Source: Erysipelotrichaceae bacterium MTC7
GTDB taxonomy: Bacteria > Bacillota_I > Bacilli_A > Erysipelotrichales > Erysipelotrichaceae
Assembly (NCBI GenBank): GCA_001695645.1
Contig: LVZN01000003.1
Coordinates: 1-32,000 of the forward strand
Length of the DNA: 32,000 bases
Reading direction: 5' to 3'
In this document: one piece after another, positions 23,985 through 32,000 of the stretch
Position numbering within the stretch: the stretch's first letter is position 1
Layout: every line of letters begins with the position of its first letter
The notes under the pieces: generated by a model
The model's input: the letters and a program-made list of their open reading frames with translations, nothing else
Told to the model about the DNA's origin: nothing
Database searches by the model: none
Made by a program: the position numbers and the translations under genes

Positions 23985-24838
23985 TGTCAAAAAAGATGAG
24001 ACGAACGTTCCTTGAAGGAACAGCAATGATATTATTCTTTATTTTTATCATTCCATTTATTCTACTTGTGATTAACTCATTTAAAAGTAAAGATGCAATC
24101 CTGGACAATCCCTTTTCGTTGAGTGGAATTTTGGAAACTGGATTTGATAACTACATCAATCTATTCTCTGATAGTACCATCAATATTGGAAGTGCATTTC
24201 TTACAAGTGTATTTGTAACGATTGTTGGTCTAGTACTTGTTGTCTTGTTTTCTTCGATGGCAGCTTGGGTGCTTGTGCGATCAAAGAAATGGTGGAGTAA
24301 GATCATCTTCTTGATGTTTGTTGGATCGATGGTTATTCCATTTCAAGTAATTATGTTTCCTTTGATTTCAACGCTTTCTTCATTTTCGAAAGCAACAGGA
24401 ATCGAAACATTGGGGAATGTGTTCTTCCTTCCAATCGCTTATTTGGCATTTCAATCGTCATTATCAATTTTCATGTACCATGGATTCATCAAAGGAATTC
24501 CAAAGGAATTAGAAGAAGCAGCAATGATTGATGGGTGTAGTCGTTTTCAAACATTCCGTTTGATTATTCTACCCATCTTAAAACCAATTACTGTAACCGT
24601 GGTTTTATTGAATGGAATATGGTTGTGGAATGATTACCTTTTACCACAAATGTTGTTATTAGGAAGTGACACGATTACTTTACCGATTGCCATTAACCGT
24701 TTGGCTTCACAATCATACGGAACAAATTACGCAGTTTTATTACCTGCAGCAGTATTAACGATCTTACCAATTATTTTACTGTTCATTAAAGCTCAAAAAC
24801 ATATCATCAAAGGGATGGTAGAGGGAGCAGTAAAATAA
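23984..24838 (+). CDS. Sugar ABC transporter permease (MalG/UgpE type)
   Basis: Multi-TM protein with the EAA loop EEAAMIDGCSRFQTFRLIILP. Its start overlaps the upstream stop (ATGTAATG). Confidence 0.9.
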   Translation: MSKKMRRTFLEGTAMILFFIFIIPFILLVINSFKSKDAILDNPFSLSGILETGFDNYINLFSDSTINIGSAFLTSVFVTIVGLVLVVLFSSMAAWVLVRSKKWWSKIIFLMFVGSMVIPFQVIMFPLISTLSSFSKATGIETLGNVFFLPIAYLAFQSSLSIFMYHGFIKGIPKELEEAAMIDGCSRFQTFRLIILPILKPITVTVVLLNGIWLWNDYLLPQMLLLGSDTITLPIAINRLASQSYGTNYAVLLPAAVLTILPIILLFIKAQKHIIKGMVEGAVK

Positions 24839-24860
24839 AAAAATAATAGGAGATGGACTT

Positions 24861-26528
24861 ATGGGTGAACATAACACATATAAATGGTGGAAAGAAGCTG
24901 TTGGATATCAAATTTATCCAAAAACATTCTTTGATGCAAATAACGATGGATATGGGGATATCCAAGGTATCATTGATAAACTTCCATATCTCCGCGAATT
25001 AGGCATCGACTTTATCTGGATTTGTCCATTCTTTGATTCACCTTTGGATGATAATGGCTATGATATTCGCAATTACTACAAAGTACATGAAAACTTTGGG
25101 AATATGCAGGATATCAAAACATTGATTGCAAAGGCCAAAGAAATGGATATTCGAATTATTGTGGACTTGGTCTTAAACCATACATCAGATGAGCATGAAT
25201 GGTTTGTGAATGTAAAAAAACATTCAAATAGTATGTATCGAGACTACTATATTCTTAAAGAAGGTAAAGCAGGCAAGCCACCAAATAACTGGGGAAGTTT
25301 CTTTGGTGGAAGTGCTTGGGAAAAACTAAATGATAAAGAATACTATTTAAAATTATTTTCAAAGAAAATGCCAGATTTAAACTGGTCAAATCGCAAACTT
25401 CGCACAGCCTTATATCAAATCGCATCATGGTGGTTAGAATTAGGTGTAGATGGTTTTCGAATTGATGCAATTGCACATATTGCAAAAGATACTAGCTATA
25501 AAGATTCGACATTAGAAAGTGATACAGAATTTGTCTCCGACTGGTCAAAGTTTTCCAATTTACCACGAGTTCATGAATATATAAAAGAATTTCATGAAGA
25601 AGTCTTAGAACCCAACAATGCGTTTGCTGTTGGAGAAGTGGGAGGAGACCCCAGTGTTGAAGATGTTTTAAAGTATTGTGCATTCGATCGTAATGAGTTG
25701 GATGTAACCTTTACTTTCGATCATATGTGGTGTAATAACATCAACGAAGCATCCTCTTTAACAGAATTAAAAACCAATGTGAAAGAATTAAAAGAAACAC
25801 TTGAACACTGGCAAGTATCCTTGATAAAGAAAGCATGGTATCCGTTGTATTGGAATAATCACGATTTCAATCGTTTGGTTTCAAACTATGGAAGTATGAA
25901 ATATCCACAACAATCAGCAAAGGCACTTGCAACGTTAATGTATGGTATGTGGGGAACCATGTTTATTTATCAGGGTGAAGAAATTGGTATGGAAAACTAT
26001 CCATTTACTTCGATTGATCAATTGGAAGATGTGCAAGCAAAAGGTCAATATGAAGCAACACCGTTACCACAACGTGAAAAGTTTTTAAGAAAACTGTTTA
26101 TGACTTCACGAGATAACATGCGAACAGCAATGCAGTGGGATGACACAAAGAATGCGGGCTTTAGCAGTGCTAAACCGAGCATGCTTTTAAATCCAAATTA
26201 CAAACGTATCAACGTAAAGCAACAAATGAGTGATCCAAATTCAGTTTGGCATTATTATAAAAAAATCATTCATTTAAAAAAATCAAACATGACCTTTATT
26301 TATGGTGATATTGTGTTTGCTGATGTGATTGCTGACCAGGTTATTCAATATGCAAGATTTGATGATCATAATCGATATCTTGTAGTTGTGAATTTGGGAG
26401 AGAATGATTGTGAAATTGAAATTCCAGACATTCAATCGATTGTTTTATCAAATGTTAAAACAACAAAACCATTGGGTAACATATTGAAGTTGTCTGCTTT
26501 CGATTCATATATATTTAAAGTAAAGTAA
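24861..26528 (+). CDS. Oligo-1,6-glucosidase / alpha-glucosidase (GH13 subfamily 31-like)
   Basis: WWKEAVGYQIYPKTFFDANNDGYGDIQGIIDKLPYLRELGIDFIWICP, VDLVLNHTSDEH, GVDGFRIDAIAHI, GEVGG and NHDFNR are canonical blocks of the family. Confidence 0.92.
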   Translation: MGEHNTYKWWKEAVGYQIYPKTFFDANNDGYGDIQGIIDKLPYLRELGIDFIWICPFFDSPLDDNGYDIRNYYKVHENFGNMQDIKTLIAKAKEMDIRIIVDLVLNHTSDEHEWFVNVKKHSNSMYRDYYILKEGKAGKPPNNWGSFFGGSAWEKLNDKEYYLKLFSKKMPDLNWSNRKLRTALYQIASWWLELGVDGFRIDAIAHIAKDTSYKDSTLESDTEFVSDWSKFSNLPRVHEYIKEFHEEVLEPNNAFAVGEVGGDPSVEDVLKYCAFDRNELDVTFTFDHMWCNNINEASSLTELKTNVKELKETLEHWQVSLIKKAWYPLYWNNHDFNRLVSNYGSMKYPQQSAKALATLMYGMWGTMFIYQGEEIGMENYPFTSIDQLEDVQAKGQYEATPLPQREKFLRKLFMTSRDNMRTAMQWDDTKNAGFSSAKPSMLLNPNYKRINVKQQMSDPNSVWHYYKKIIHLKKSNMTFIYGDIVFADVIADQVIQYARFDDHNRYLVVVNLGENDCEIEIPDIQSIVLSNVKTTKPLGNILKLSAFDSYIFKVK

Positions 26529-26535
26529 CATATGT

Positions 26536-26563
26536 AAAGCACATCGAAAAGGGTGTGCTTTTT
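26536..26563 (+). terminator. Rho-independent terminator after the glucosidase gene
   Basis: AAAGCACA-tcgaaaaggg-TGTGCTTT followed by TT. Confidence 0.65.
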
Positions 26564-26580
26564 AAATAAGGATAATCAAA

Positions 26581-27231
26581 ATGAAAAATATACAAAACAT
26601 CGATGACAATAAATGGAAAGACATTTCCATTGAAGCATTTGTCTCACTGATCAAGAAAACAAGTGAGCGGCCACTGGTTTTGATTGATGGACTAGCTGGT
26701 TCAGGTAAAAGCACACTTACTGACATGCTTGCTAGTCACCTGGAAGCTAGTGTTGTAGCTAGCGATGATTTAACGTGGCATGCAGATCCAATCACCTGGA
26801 GTGAGATGTGTGTACGTGAGGTAATAAAGCCGTGGCAGGCAAGTAAAAGTGTACGGTTTAAGCCAAATGCGTGGCATACACATCACCGACCAGGATGTAT
26901 CTTTGCCGATGGAAAGAAACCATTACTTATTGAGGGTATGTCAGTGTGTAGAAAAACACTTATGCAATTTGCAGATTACACCATTTGGGTATACGCAGAT
27001 GAAGTAGTTGCACGTAATCGTGTTATTTCACGTGATCTTGCAAATCAAAGTAATGGTACAACTCGAAAAGAAGTTGAAGAATTTGCAGCTTGGTGGGATG
27101 CGCAAACACACCCATTTTTAATGATAGAACAAGCTTGGAATCACGTTGATGCAATAATTAAGATAAAGCAAATACAACCCACGGTAAAACTCCAAATACA
27201 ACAAAATCCCAAGCATGTCGCTTCATTATAA
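26581..27231 (+). CDS. P-loop NTPase / nucleoside(-tide) kinase-like protein
   Basis: Walker A is IDGLAGSGKSTL. The 216-aa size fits uridine-kinase/AAA_18-type proteins. The substrate is not inferable. Confidence 0.6.
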   Translation: MKNIQNIDDNKWKDISIEAFVSLIKKTSERPLVLIDGLAGSGKSTLTDMLASHLEASVVASDDLTWHADPITWSEMCVREVIKPWQASKSVRFKPNAWHTHHRPGCIFADGKKPLLIEGMSVCRKTLMQFADYTIWVYADEVVARNRVISRDLANQSNGTTRKEVEEFAAWWDAQTHPFLMIEQAWNHVDAIIKIKQIQPTVKLQIQQNPKHVASL

Positions 27232-27247
27232 CTAAATGCATATACGA

Positions 27248-27280
27248 AAAAGAGGAATTACAGCAAATAATTCCTCTTTT
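27248..27280. terminator. Bidirectional terminator between the kinase gene and the pilus operon
   Basis: AAAAGAGGAATTA-cagcaaa-TAATTCCTCTTTT, a perfect 13-bp stem. Confidence 0.75.
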
Positions 27281-28178
27281 ATGTGTATGTAGATTGTTTT
27301 TTATTTTTCCTTTTACGGTGTATGAGTCTGACTATTAGTAGCATAAATATGATGAGTAAGGCATAGCTAATGTACGTACGAATATTGTTTTCAACATGCA
27401 GAATGGTAGATGTTTTTGATGTATTTTGTGACCATGTTTGCTGGTTCTGTATTTCCACTTCTGATGTTGGTGTTTCTATTCGCTTGCAATAAACCAAGTA
27501 CCGAACCTCAGAAGTTGGATAAGGATGACAAGTCATTAAAGTTAGCATGTCACGGTTTTCTTGTATAAAAACTTCATTGATTTGTGAAGGTTCGACAATT
27601 TTAACATCTTCAACTTCGTAACTTAAGGTTTCCCAGAAATTTGTAATATATAGAATGTCATTTTGTTGTAGTTGTTCAATATCACGGAACATTTTTTGAT
27701 ATTTCGCTCCACGATGACCCGCCAGTACCGTGTTGGTATGATTTCCACCAATAGGAAATGACGTTTGGCCAAGTTGTGCAATTCCTTTTTCCATATGTTG
27801 TTCACTTGCACCTAAATAGATAGGCAGTTCGATATCCATTCTTGGAATTTGAATGTATCCGATGAGTTGATCTTTGATACCAAAGTCGGATAAGTTAAAG
27901 TCACTTTGTGCAAAAGCAAAAGGATCTTGAATCACTTGTTGTTGGTTTTGGAATAATTGCGTATTGTACTGTAACATTTGCTGGTAAAGATGATCATCTA
28001 ATTTATCATTTTGAGCAACAGTAGAATTCTCGGATTTCGTGTATGTTTTTTTAAAGGATGTAATTATTTGTTGGTTTTTGAATGAGTAATATGTATCCGT
28101 GAGTGTTGGCAACAAAAATATCAATAAACCACATAGAAAGAGTATGATAGTTCCAATCACGATGGTTTTCTTTTTCAT
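27279..28178 (-). CDS. Class C (pilin-polymerising) sortase, divergent copy
   Basis: LAGHRG (catalytic His), TLMTCHPY (TLxTC Cys), a later Arg (EVRYLVY), N-terminal and C-terminal TM anchors, and a lid-like region. Its start overlaps the upstream stop (ATGA). Confidence 0.85.
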   Translation of the reverse strand: MKKKTIVIGTIILFLCGLLIFLLPTLTDTYYSFKNQQIITSFKKTYTKSENSTVAQNDKLDDHLYQQMLQYNTQLFQNQQQVIQDPFAFAQSDFNLSDFGIKDQLIGYIQIPRMDIELPIYLGASEQHMEKGIAQLGQTSFPIGGNHTNTVLAGHRGAKYQKMFRDIEQLQQNDILYITNFWETLSYEVEDVKIVEPSQINEVFIQENRDMLTLMTCHPYPTSEVRYLVYCKRIETPTSEVEIQNQQTWSQNTSKTSTILHVENNIRTYISYALLIIFMLLIVRLIHRKRKNKKQSTYT

Positions 28179-29020
28179 GAGGGATCCTTCTTTCTTCTTT
28201 TGCGAATGTAAATTACACCAAGTAATAAAGATGTACCAATTACACCAACAACCAGTGCATCTGCATACGTCTCAAGCCAATTCTTTGGCTTGAATAATTG
28301 TTGACTAGAAGTCTCACTTTTTGTGTGTTGTGATCGTACACCACGTACAAGAAGACGATGAGAATTGATGCCATACGGCGTACATGTTACAAGTGTAACC
28401 ATATCTTGTGAAAAATCGATTTTCAAAGCTTGAGTCTCGGTTGGCTTTACAATTTGAATGTCGACCACTTTATATGCTAACTCATCATCTAATACATGTA
28501 GATAAAAAATATCGTTCAGCGCTAGTTGGTCCAAATCATTAAATAACTTTGCTGTTGGTAATCCTGTATGGGCAGAAAGTATAGTATGTGTAGCAGTTCC
28601 TCCGATTGGTAAAGAGGTGTGTTCAAGATGTCCAACACCTTGTTTTAATACTTGTTCGCTAGTTCCATGATAGATTGGCAAATGGACTCCAATTTTTGGG
28701 ATTGATAATGAGCCCATGATACCACTATCATCAATGCGTAATGCATTTCGATATTCTGTATCCATGTTGTAGGAATTTGTTACGTCAAAAGGATCTGTAA
28801 TTTGAACGTTTCCAGTCAATCGCTCATTGTACGTTTGAGCAAGTTGTCTTTGTTGTTGTATTTGTTCGTGTTCCAGTTGCGCAATTGACGCATCGTACTG
28901 ACCAATTGCAACGCTTTGCTTGTAGGAATGGTATATATTGCTAATGGCAGGGTAGAGCATAATTGCTAAGCCGATAACAAATACCAAACCGATGATTACT
29001 ATCTTTATCTTCTGTTTCAT
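28175..29020 (-). CDS. Class C sortase
   Basis: LSAHTG, DMVTLVTCTPYGINSHRLLVRG, and a C-terminal TM helix with KRRKK. ATG at 29020 (MKQKIKIV...) is preferred because GGAGC lies upstream. Confidence 0.9.
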   Translation of the reverse strand: MKQKIKIVIIGLVFVIGLAIMLYPAISNIYHSYKQSVAIGQYDASIAQLEHEQIQQQRQLAQTYNERLTGNVQITDPFDVTNSYNMDTEYRNALRIDDSGIMGSLSIPKIGVHLPIYHGTSEQVLKQGVGHLEHTSLPIGGTATHTILSAHTGLPTAKLFNDLDQLALNDIFYLHVLDDELAYKVVDIQIVKPTETQALKIDFSQDMVTLVTCTPYGINSHRLLVRGVRSQHTKSETSSQQLFKPKNWLETYADALVVGVIGTSLLLGVIYIRKRRKKDPS

Positions 29021-29085
29021 TACACGCTCCCTTTGTATAAAAAAGAGGTACAAATAGAACTTGCACCCCTATACAATAATTTGAT

Positions 29086-30576
29086 TTATTTTGCTTTCTT
29101 TTTGTAAACTACAAAACCAAGTGCTGCACCTGCCATAATAACAAGTCCACCAATTGTGAATATCCAAGTTCCCATTCCACCAGTTGCTGGTAAACTGAAT
29201 CCTTTAGCGTTGGTGATTGTAACTTCCGTTAACACGACTTTTTGATCAGTTGATGCATCTGAGAAATCAACAGCGTTCGAAGGTGCATTGTTGACTTTGT
29301 ATGTTGCGCTACCATCATCAGCTGCGATAATTTCAATTTTTGTTTTTACATCTGAAAGTACGTAACCTTGTGGTGCCATTGATTCTTTTACATAATATGT
29401 TCCAGCTTTCAATCCTTTGAAATATGCGTATCCATCTGCTCCAGTTTCTTGTTCACTACCAACTTGTTTCGTGCAATCTTCATCAGTGTATACTTTAAAC
29501 TTCGCACCTGGAAGTAATGTATTTGTGTTTTCAGCATCCACTTTCTTAATTGCTACCCCATATGTATACGTTTTAACAATTATTTTTTCTGTTTCGTGTT
29601 TCTCTCCACTATTTGGGTTATTCGTGTAAGTTAAACTTACATCATTTTCGTTTTCCTTACCACCAATGTTCGCAAATTTATTTAGTGTTGCTTTGTATAA
29701 TACTTTCACAGAGTCGTAGCTCTTGATAACACTGTAATCAAAATTGAATGTAATTGTTGTAGTAGTACCTTCAACGATTGGATTTGGGTCTGTTGTCATT
29801 GTGTAACCAGTAGTAAGTTCAGTGTCATCTTGACCGGCTTTTACTCCAAATACTTCAACTGTACTAGCTTTGAACGTTAATCCTTTGCTTAACGTATCTG
29901 TTAAGTAATAAGCAATACTTTCTTCAATTACATTTGGTGCATAGGATAATACAGAAGCAGTAAGTTTATAAGTTACATCATCCCCAATATTTTCATTTGA
30001 TGAAGTAACATCTTCTGGGTTAACAATTTTTTTATCGACAGTCGGTTTTGCATCTTTTGGTGTTACCACCACATTATAAGTGTAATCGGTGTTGTTTGTA
30101 GTGCTTGGAATTGCAACACTGATTGGTTTATTTTGCACATATGCATTTGTTGAAGCCGATCCTGTCTGAACAACAACGTAATACCCAATTGGTAATTCTT
30201 GTGCCGTACTTCCACCTTCAAAAGATGTTCCAGTCGCATTCGTAGCTTTTGCATAAGCTTCTAAACTTGCTGCAAAGGCAATACGTTTTGACTCTGATGT
30301 TAAATCTTTCATTGATTGAATGGTATAAGAACCATAATTTGTATTTCCAAAGAACCCTTCAAATGCAGTAGTTGCCGAATATTCATAGATTCCTGAACCG
30401 GCAGTATAGTCTAATACTTTGTATGCAGTATACGTCGCACCTTCTCGATTGATTGTAAGAGTACCTGTTGTTGCACTTGCATCAAATGATGCTGCATGCG
30501 TTGGAACTTGCATTCCAACCATCATAATCATTGCAATTAGCATTGCTGTAAAAACTTGTTTCATTTTGTTTCTCAT
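29086..30576 (-). CDS. Major (backbone) pilin, SpaA-like
   Basis: Signal peptide, a pilin-motif-like YNVVVTPKDAKP (Lys), an E-box-like YYVKESMAPQGYVL, and a sorting signal LPATGGMG with a TM helix and KKKAK. Confidence 0.85.
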   Translation of the reverse strand: MRNKMKQVFTAMLIAMIMMVGMQVPTHAASFDASATTGTLTINREGATYTAYKVLDYTAGSGIYEYSATTAFEGFFGNTNYGSYTIQSMKDLTSESKRIAFAASLEAYAKATNATGTSFEGGSTAQELPIGYYVVVQTGSASTNAYVQNKPISVAIPSTTNNTDYTYNVVVTPKDAKPTVDKKIVNPEDVTSSNENIGDDVTYKLTASVLSYAPNVIEESIAYYLTDTLSKGLTFKASTVEVFGVKAGQDDTELTTGYTMTTDPNPIVEGTTTTITFNFDYSVIKSYDSVKVLYKATLNKFANIGGKENENDVSLTYTNNPNSGEKHETEKIIVKTYTYGVAIKKVDAENTNTLLPGAKFKVYTDEDCTKQVGSEQETGADGYAYFKGLKAGTYYVKESMAPQGYVLSDVKTKIEIIAADDGSATYKVNNAPSNAVDFSDASTDQKVVLTEVTITNAKGFSLPATGGMGTWIFTIGGLVIMAGAALGFVVYKKKAK

Positions 30577-30577
30577 T

Positions 30578-32000
30578 TTAAAATCCTCCTCGTTTATTAT
30601 TTTTTTTAAAACTACAAAATGTTTTTGAACAATTGGCTAATGAATGTTTTGCATAACGCATCTCCCTCTTCATTAACACACACATATAGAATGAAACACA
30701 TAATAATATTGCACCAAGAATGATATAAATGTAGTTACCTGTGCCTCCCATTGATGGTAAAATGGAACCTTTTACATTGGTTATCGTAAAAGTCACGTTG
30801 AGTGCCGGTCCATCAACATCAATCTGAACGCCATCTGTGGTAGTTTCTGGTAGTTCTAAAGGCAAGGACACAAGTATTGGGTCTTTAAGTATGTTGTATC
30901 CTTCTGGTGCTAAAATTTCTCTAATTCGATAATCTCCCCTCTCTAAATTGTTGAAAACAGCTTCACTTTCATTTAGCATCTTCATAACTTTAATCTCAAT
31001 CCATTGATTTTCTTCGTTTTTCTTTTCTAAGACGAAACTTGCTCCCAAGAGCGGTTGGTTGTTTTCATCAACTTTTTTTATTTTTATACTACCAACTTCA
31101 ATGTTCCTAATATTCTGGTGACCATCTTCATCTGTAAAGTATTCAGGCCGATACTGACTATCTGCTGTGAGGTTGTCACCAACTTTTATTTCCACAACTC
31201 GATAGACATATTCCACTTTATCGGTTGATAAATAATCAACGTATTTTGGTAAACCAAAGTAGCTATAATTCCAATTATCATGAATCGATACTACCTTTTG
31301 TGCAATTTTATTTCCAGTTTTATCTTTAGCGATTTCATAAGTGGAATCAGCGGTTCCTTTTATTTTTCTTTCCAGTTGAATCGTAATGCTTTCAGGTCTT
31401 GATGGACTGTCTTGATCCTCCCAGTATTTTTGACCTTGCAATTCAATGGTAGGGAAAATGGAGTTTACATAATCGAGAGTCGTTTTGGTGTCGTTGATAA
31501 TGCCACTAGCCGAATAGGTTGTTAAATCAATGGTGATATTGGTATTTGTTTCATCATGTTTGATTTCATGTAATGTAAATTCATCATCAATTTCTTTGAC
31601 TTCCTTGATTGTGTACGTTGTTCCTGCGGGTATCCCTTGCATCGTATATTCACTACCTGGTGTTAACGATACGTTGGTATCTTCAATTGGATTTTGTCCT
31701 TCAAGACCAAGTCCAGCGACATTCTCAAAAGAAACGATAAATTTATAGGTTTTATTTGGATCAAACTGTTCTCCATCTTTAATTGATTTTTTTAGGGTAA
31801 GAGAACCAGTCTTTAATGTATTTGTATATTTTATTTTTAAGTTTGTACTTGATTTTGTGCTATCTGGATCATCATATCGGTAAAATGCAATCGCGTGATC
31901 TGGTTGGCTTATGCCTGAAGTTGCTTGCTTCACTAGACGTCCATCACCGGCCTCCAGGCCATTGATTCGCGATAAAGAGGTAAGCTCTTTTGTTTGTTGT
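30578..32000 (-). CDS. Ancillary/tip pilin-type surface protein; N-terminus beyond window end
   Basis: The frame stays open from 31933 to 32000, and the track's start is a GTG with no signal peptide. Cna-B-like repeats (IKIKKVDENNQPLLGASF, YRIREILAPEGYNIL). The C-terminus is LPSMGGTG followed by a TM helix and a long tail. Confidence 0.8.
   Translation of the reverse strand, partial: QQTKELTSLSRINGLEAGDGRLVKQATSGISQPDHAIAFYRYDDPDSTKSSTNLKIKYTNTLKTGSLTLKKSIKDGEQFDPNKTYKFIVSFENVAGLGLEGQNPIEDTNVSLTPGSEYTMQGIPAGTTYTIKEVKEIDDEFTLHEIKHDETNTNITIDLTTYSASGIINDTKTTLDYVNSIFPTIELQGQKYWEDQDSPSRPESITIQLERKIKGTADSTYEIAKDKTGNKIAQKVVSIHDNWNYSYFGLPKYVDYLSTDKVEYVYRVVEIKVGDNLTADSQYRPEYFTDEDGHQNIRNIEVGSIKIKKVDENNQPLLGASFVLEKKNEENQWIEIKVMKMLNESEAVFNNLERGDYRIREILAPEGYNILKDPILVSLPLELPETTTDGVQIDVDGPALNVTFTITNVKGSILPSMGGTGNYIYIILGAILLCVSFYMCVLMKREMRYAKHSLANCSKTFCSFKKNNKRGGF

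Noticed and set aside
1-32000. CRISPR arrays, rRNA genes, IS elements/transposases, integrase/excisionase, toxin-antitoxin pairs or recognisable phage-defence operons
   Set aside because: I scanned both strands and the ORF track. There are no short regularly spaced repeats, no rRNA-like sequence, no DDE/serine/tyrosine recombinase motifs and no defence-system signatures. The only dispersed repeats are the 37-nt hairpin pair and the intragenic 387-bp duplication.

Overview
The window has two parts.

(1) Positions 1 to ~13.0 kb hold one end of a Tn916/CTn1-family integrative conjugative element (ICE), with every gene on the minus strand. In coordinate order these are:
- a partial Orf16 VirB4-like ATPase and Orf17;
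- two tandem ArdA anti-restriction paralogues and an Orf19-like gene;
- two tiny membrane ORFs and the Orf20 HTH+Rep_trans relaxase;
- a candidate oriT and the Orf21 FtsK-like coupling protein;
- the Orf22/Orf23 HelP-like pair;
- a ~1000-aa surface adhesin of thioester/isopeptide/ester-bond-domain type with an SPKTG sorting signal.

Two visibly AT-richer cargo blocks interrupt this backbone, at 3560-4558 and 7766-8719. Each encodes an XRE-type HTH fused to transmembrane helices. The second also encodes a PLDc_N-like small membrane protein. Each block ends in the same ~37-nt terminator hairpin followed by a similar leader and RBS.

The ICE end abuts a tRNA 3'-half-like fragment (13023-13066) and a strong terminator, which is a probable att junction.

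(2) Positions ~13.1-32 kb are AT-rich Firmicutes chromosome. They contain:
- two small hypothetical genes and a DUF218 remnant;
- a maltodextrin/glycogen locus: MsmK-type ATPase, PucR-like HTH protein, glycogen phosphorylase, a 645-aa GH13 enzyme, a LacI regulator with a 16-bp palindrome in both promoter regions, a sugar ABC binding protein with two permeases, and an oligo-1,6-glucosidase;
- a GC-richer P-loop kinase;
- a sortase-dependent pilus locus: a partial ancillary pilin with an aberrant LPSMG motif, an LPATG major pilin and two class C sortases.

No rRNA, CRISPR array, IS element or transposase was seen. The most unusual content is the repeated hairpin-bounded, membrane-tethered-regulator cargo inside the conjugation operon. 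All functional calls rest on motif and family recognition by eye, since no searches could be run.
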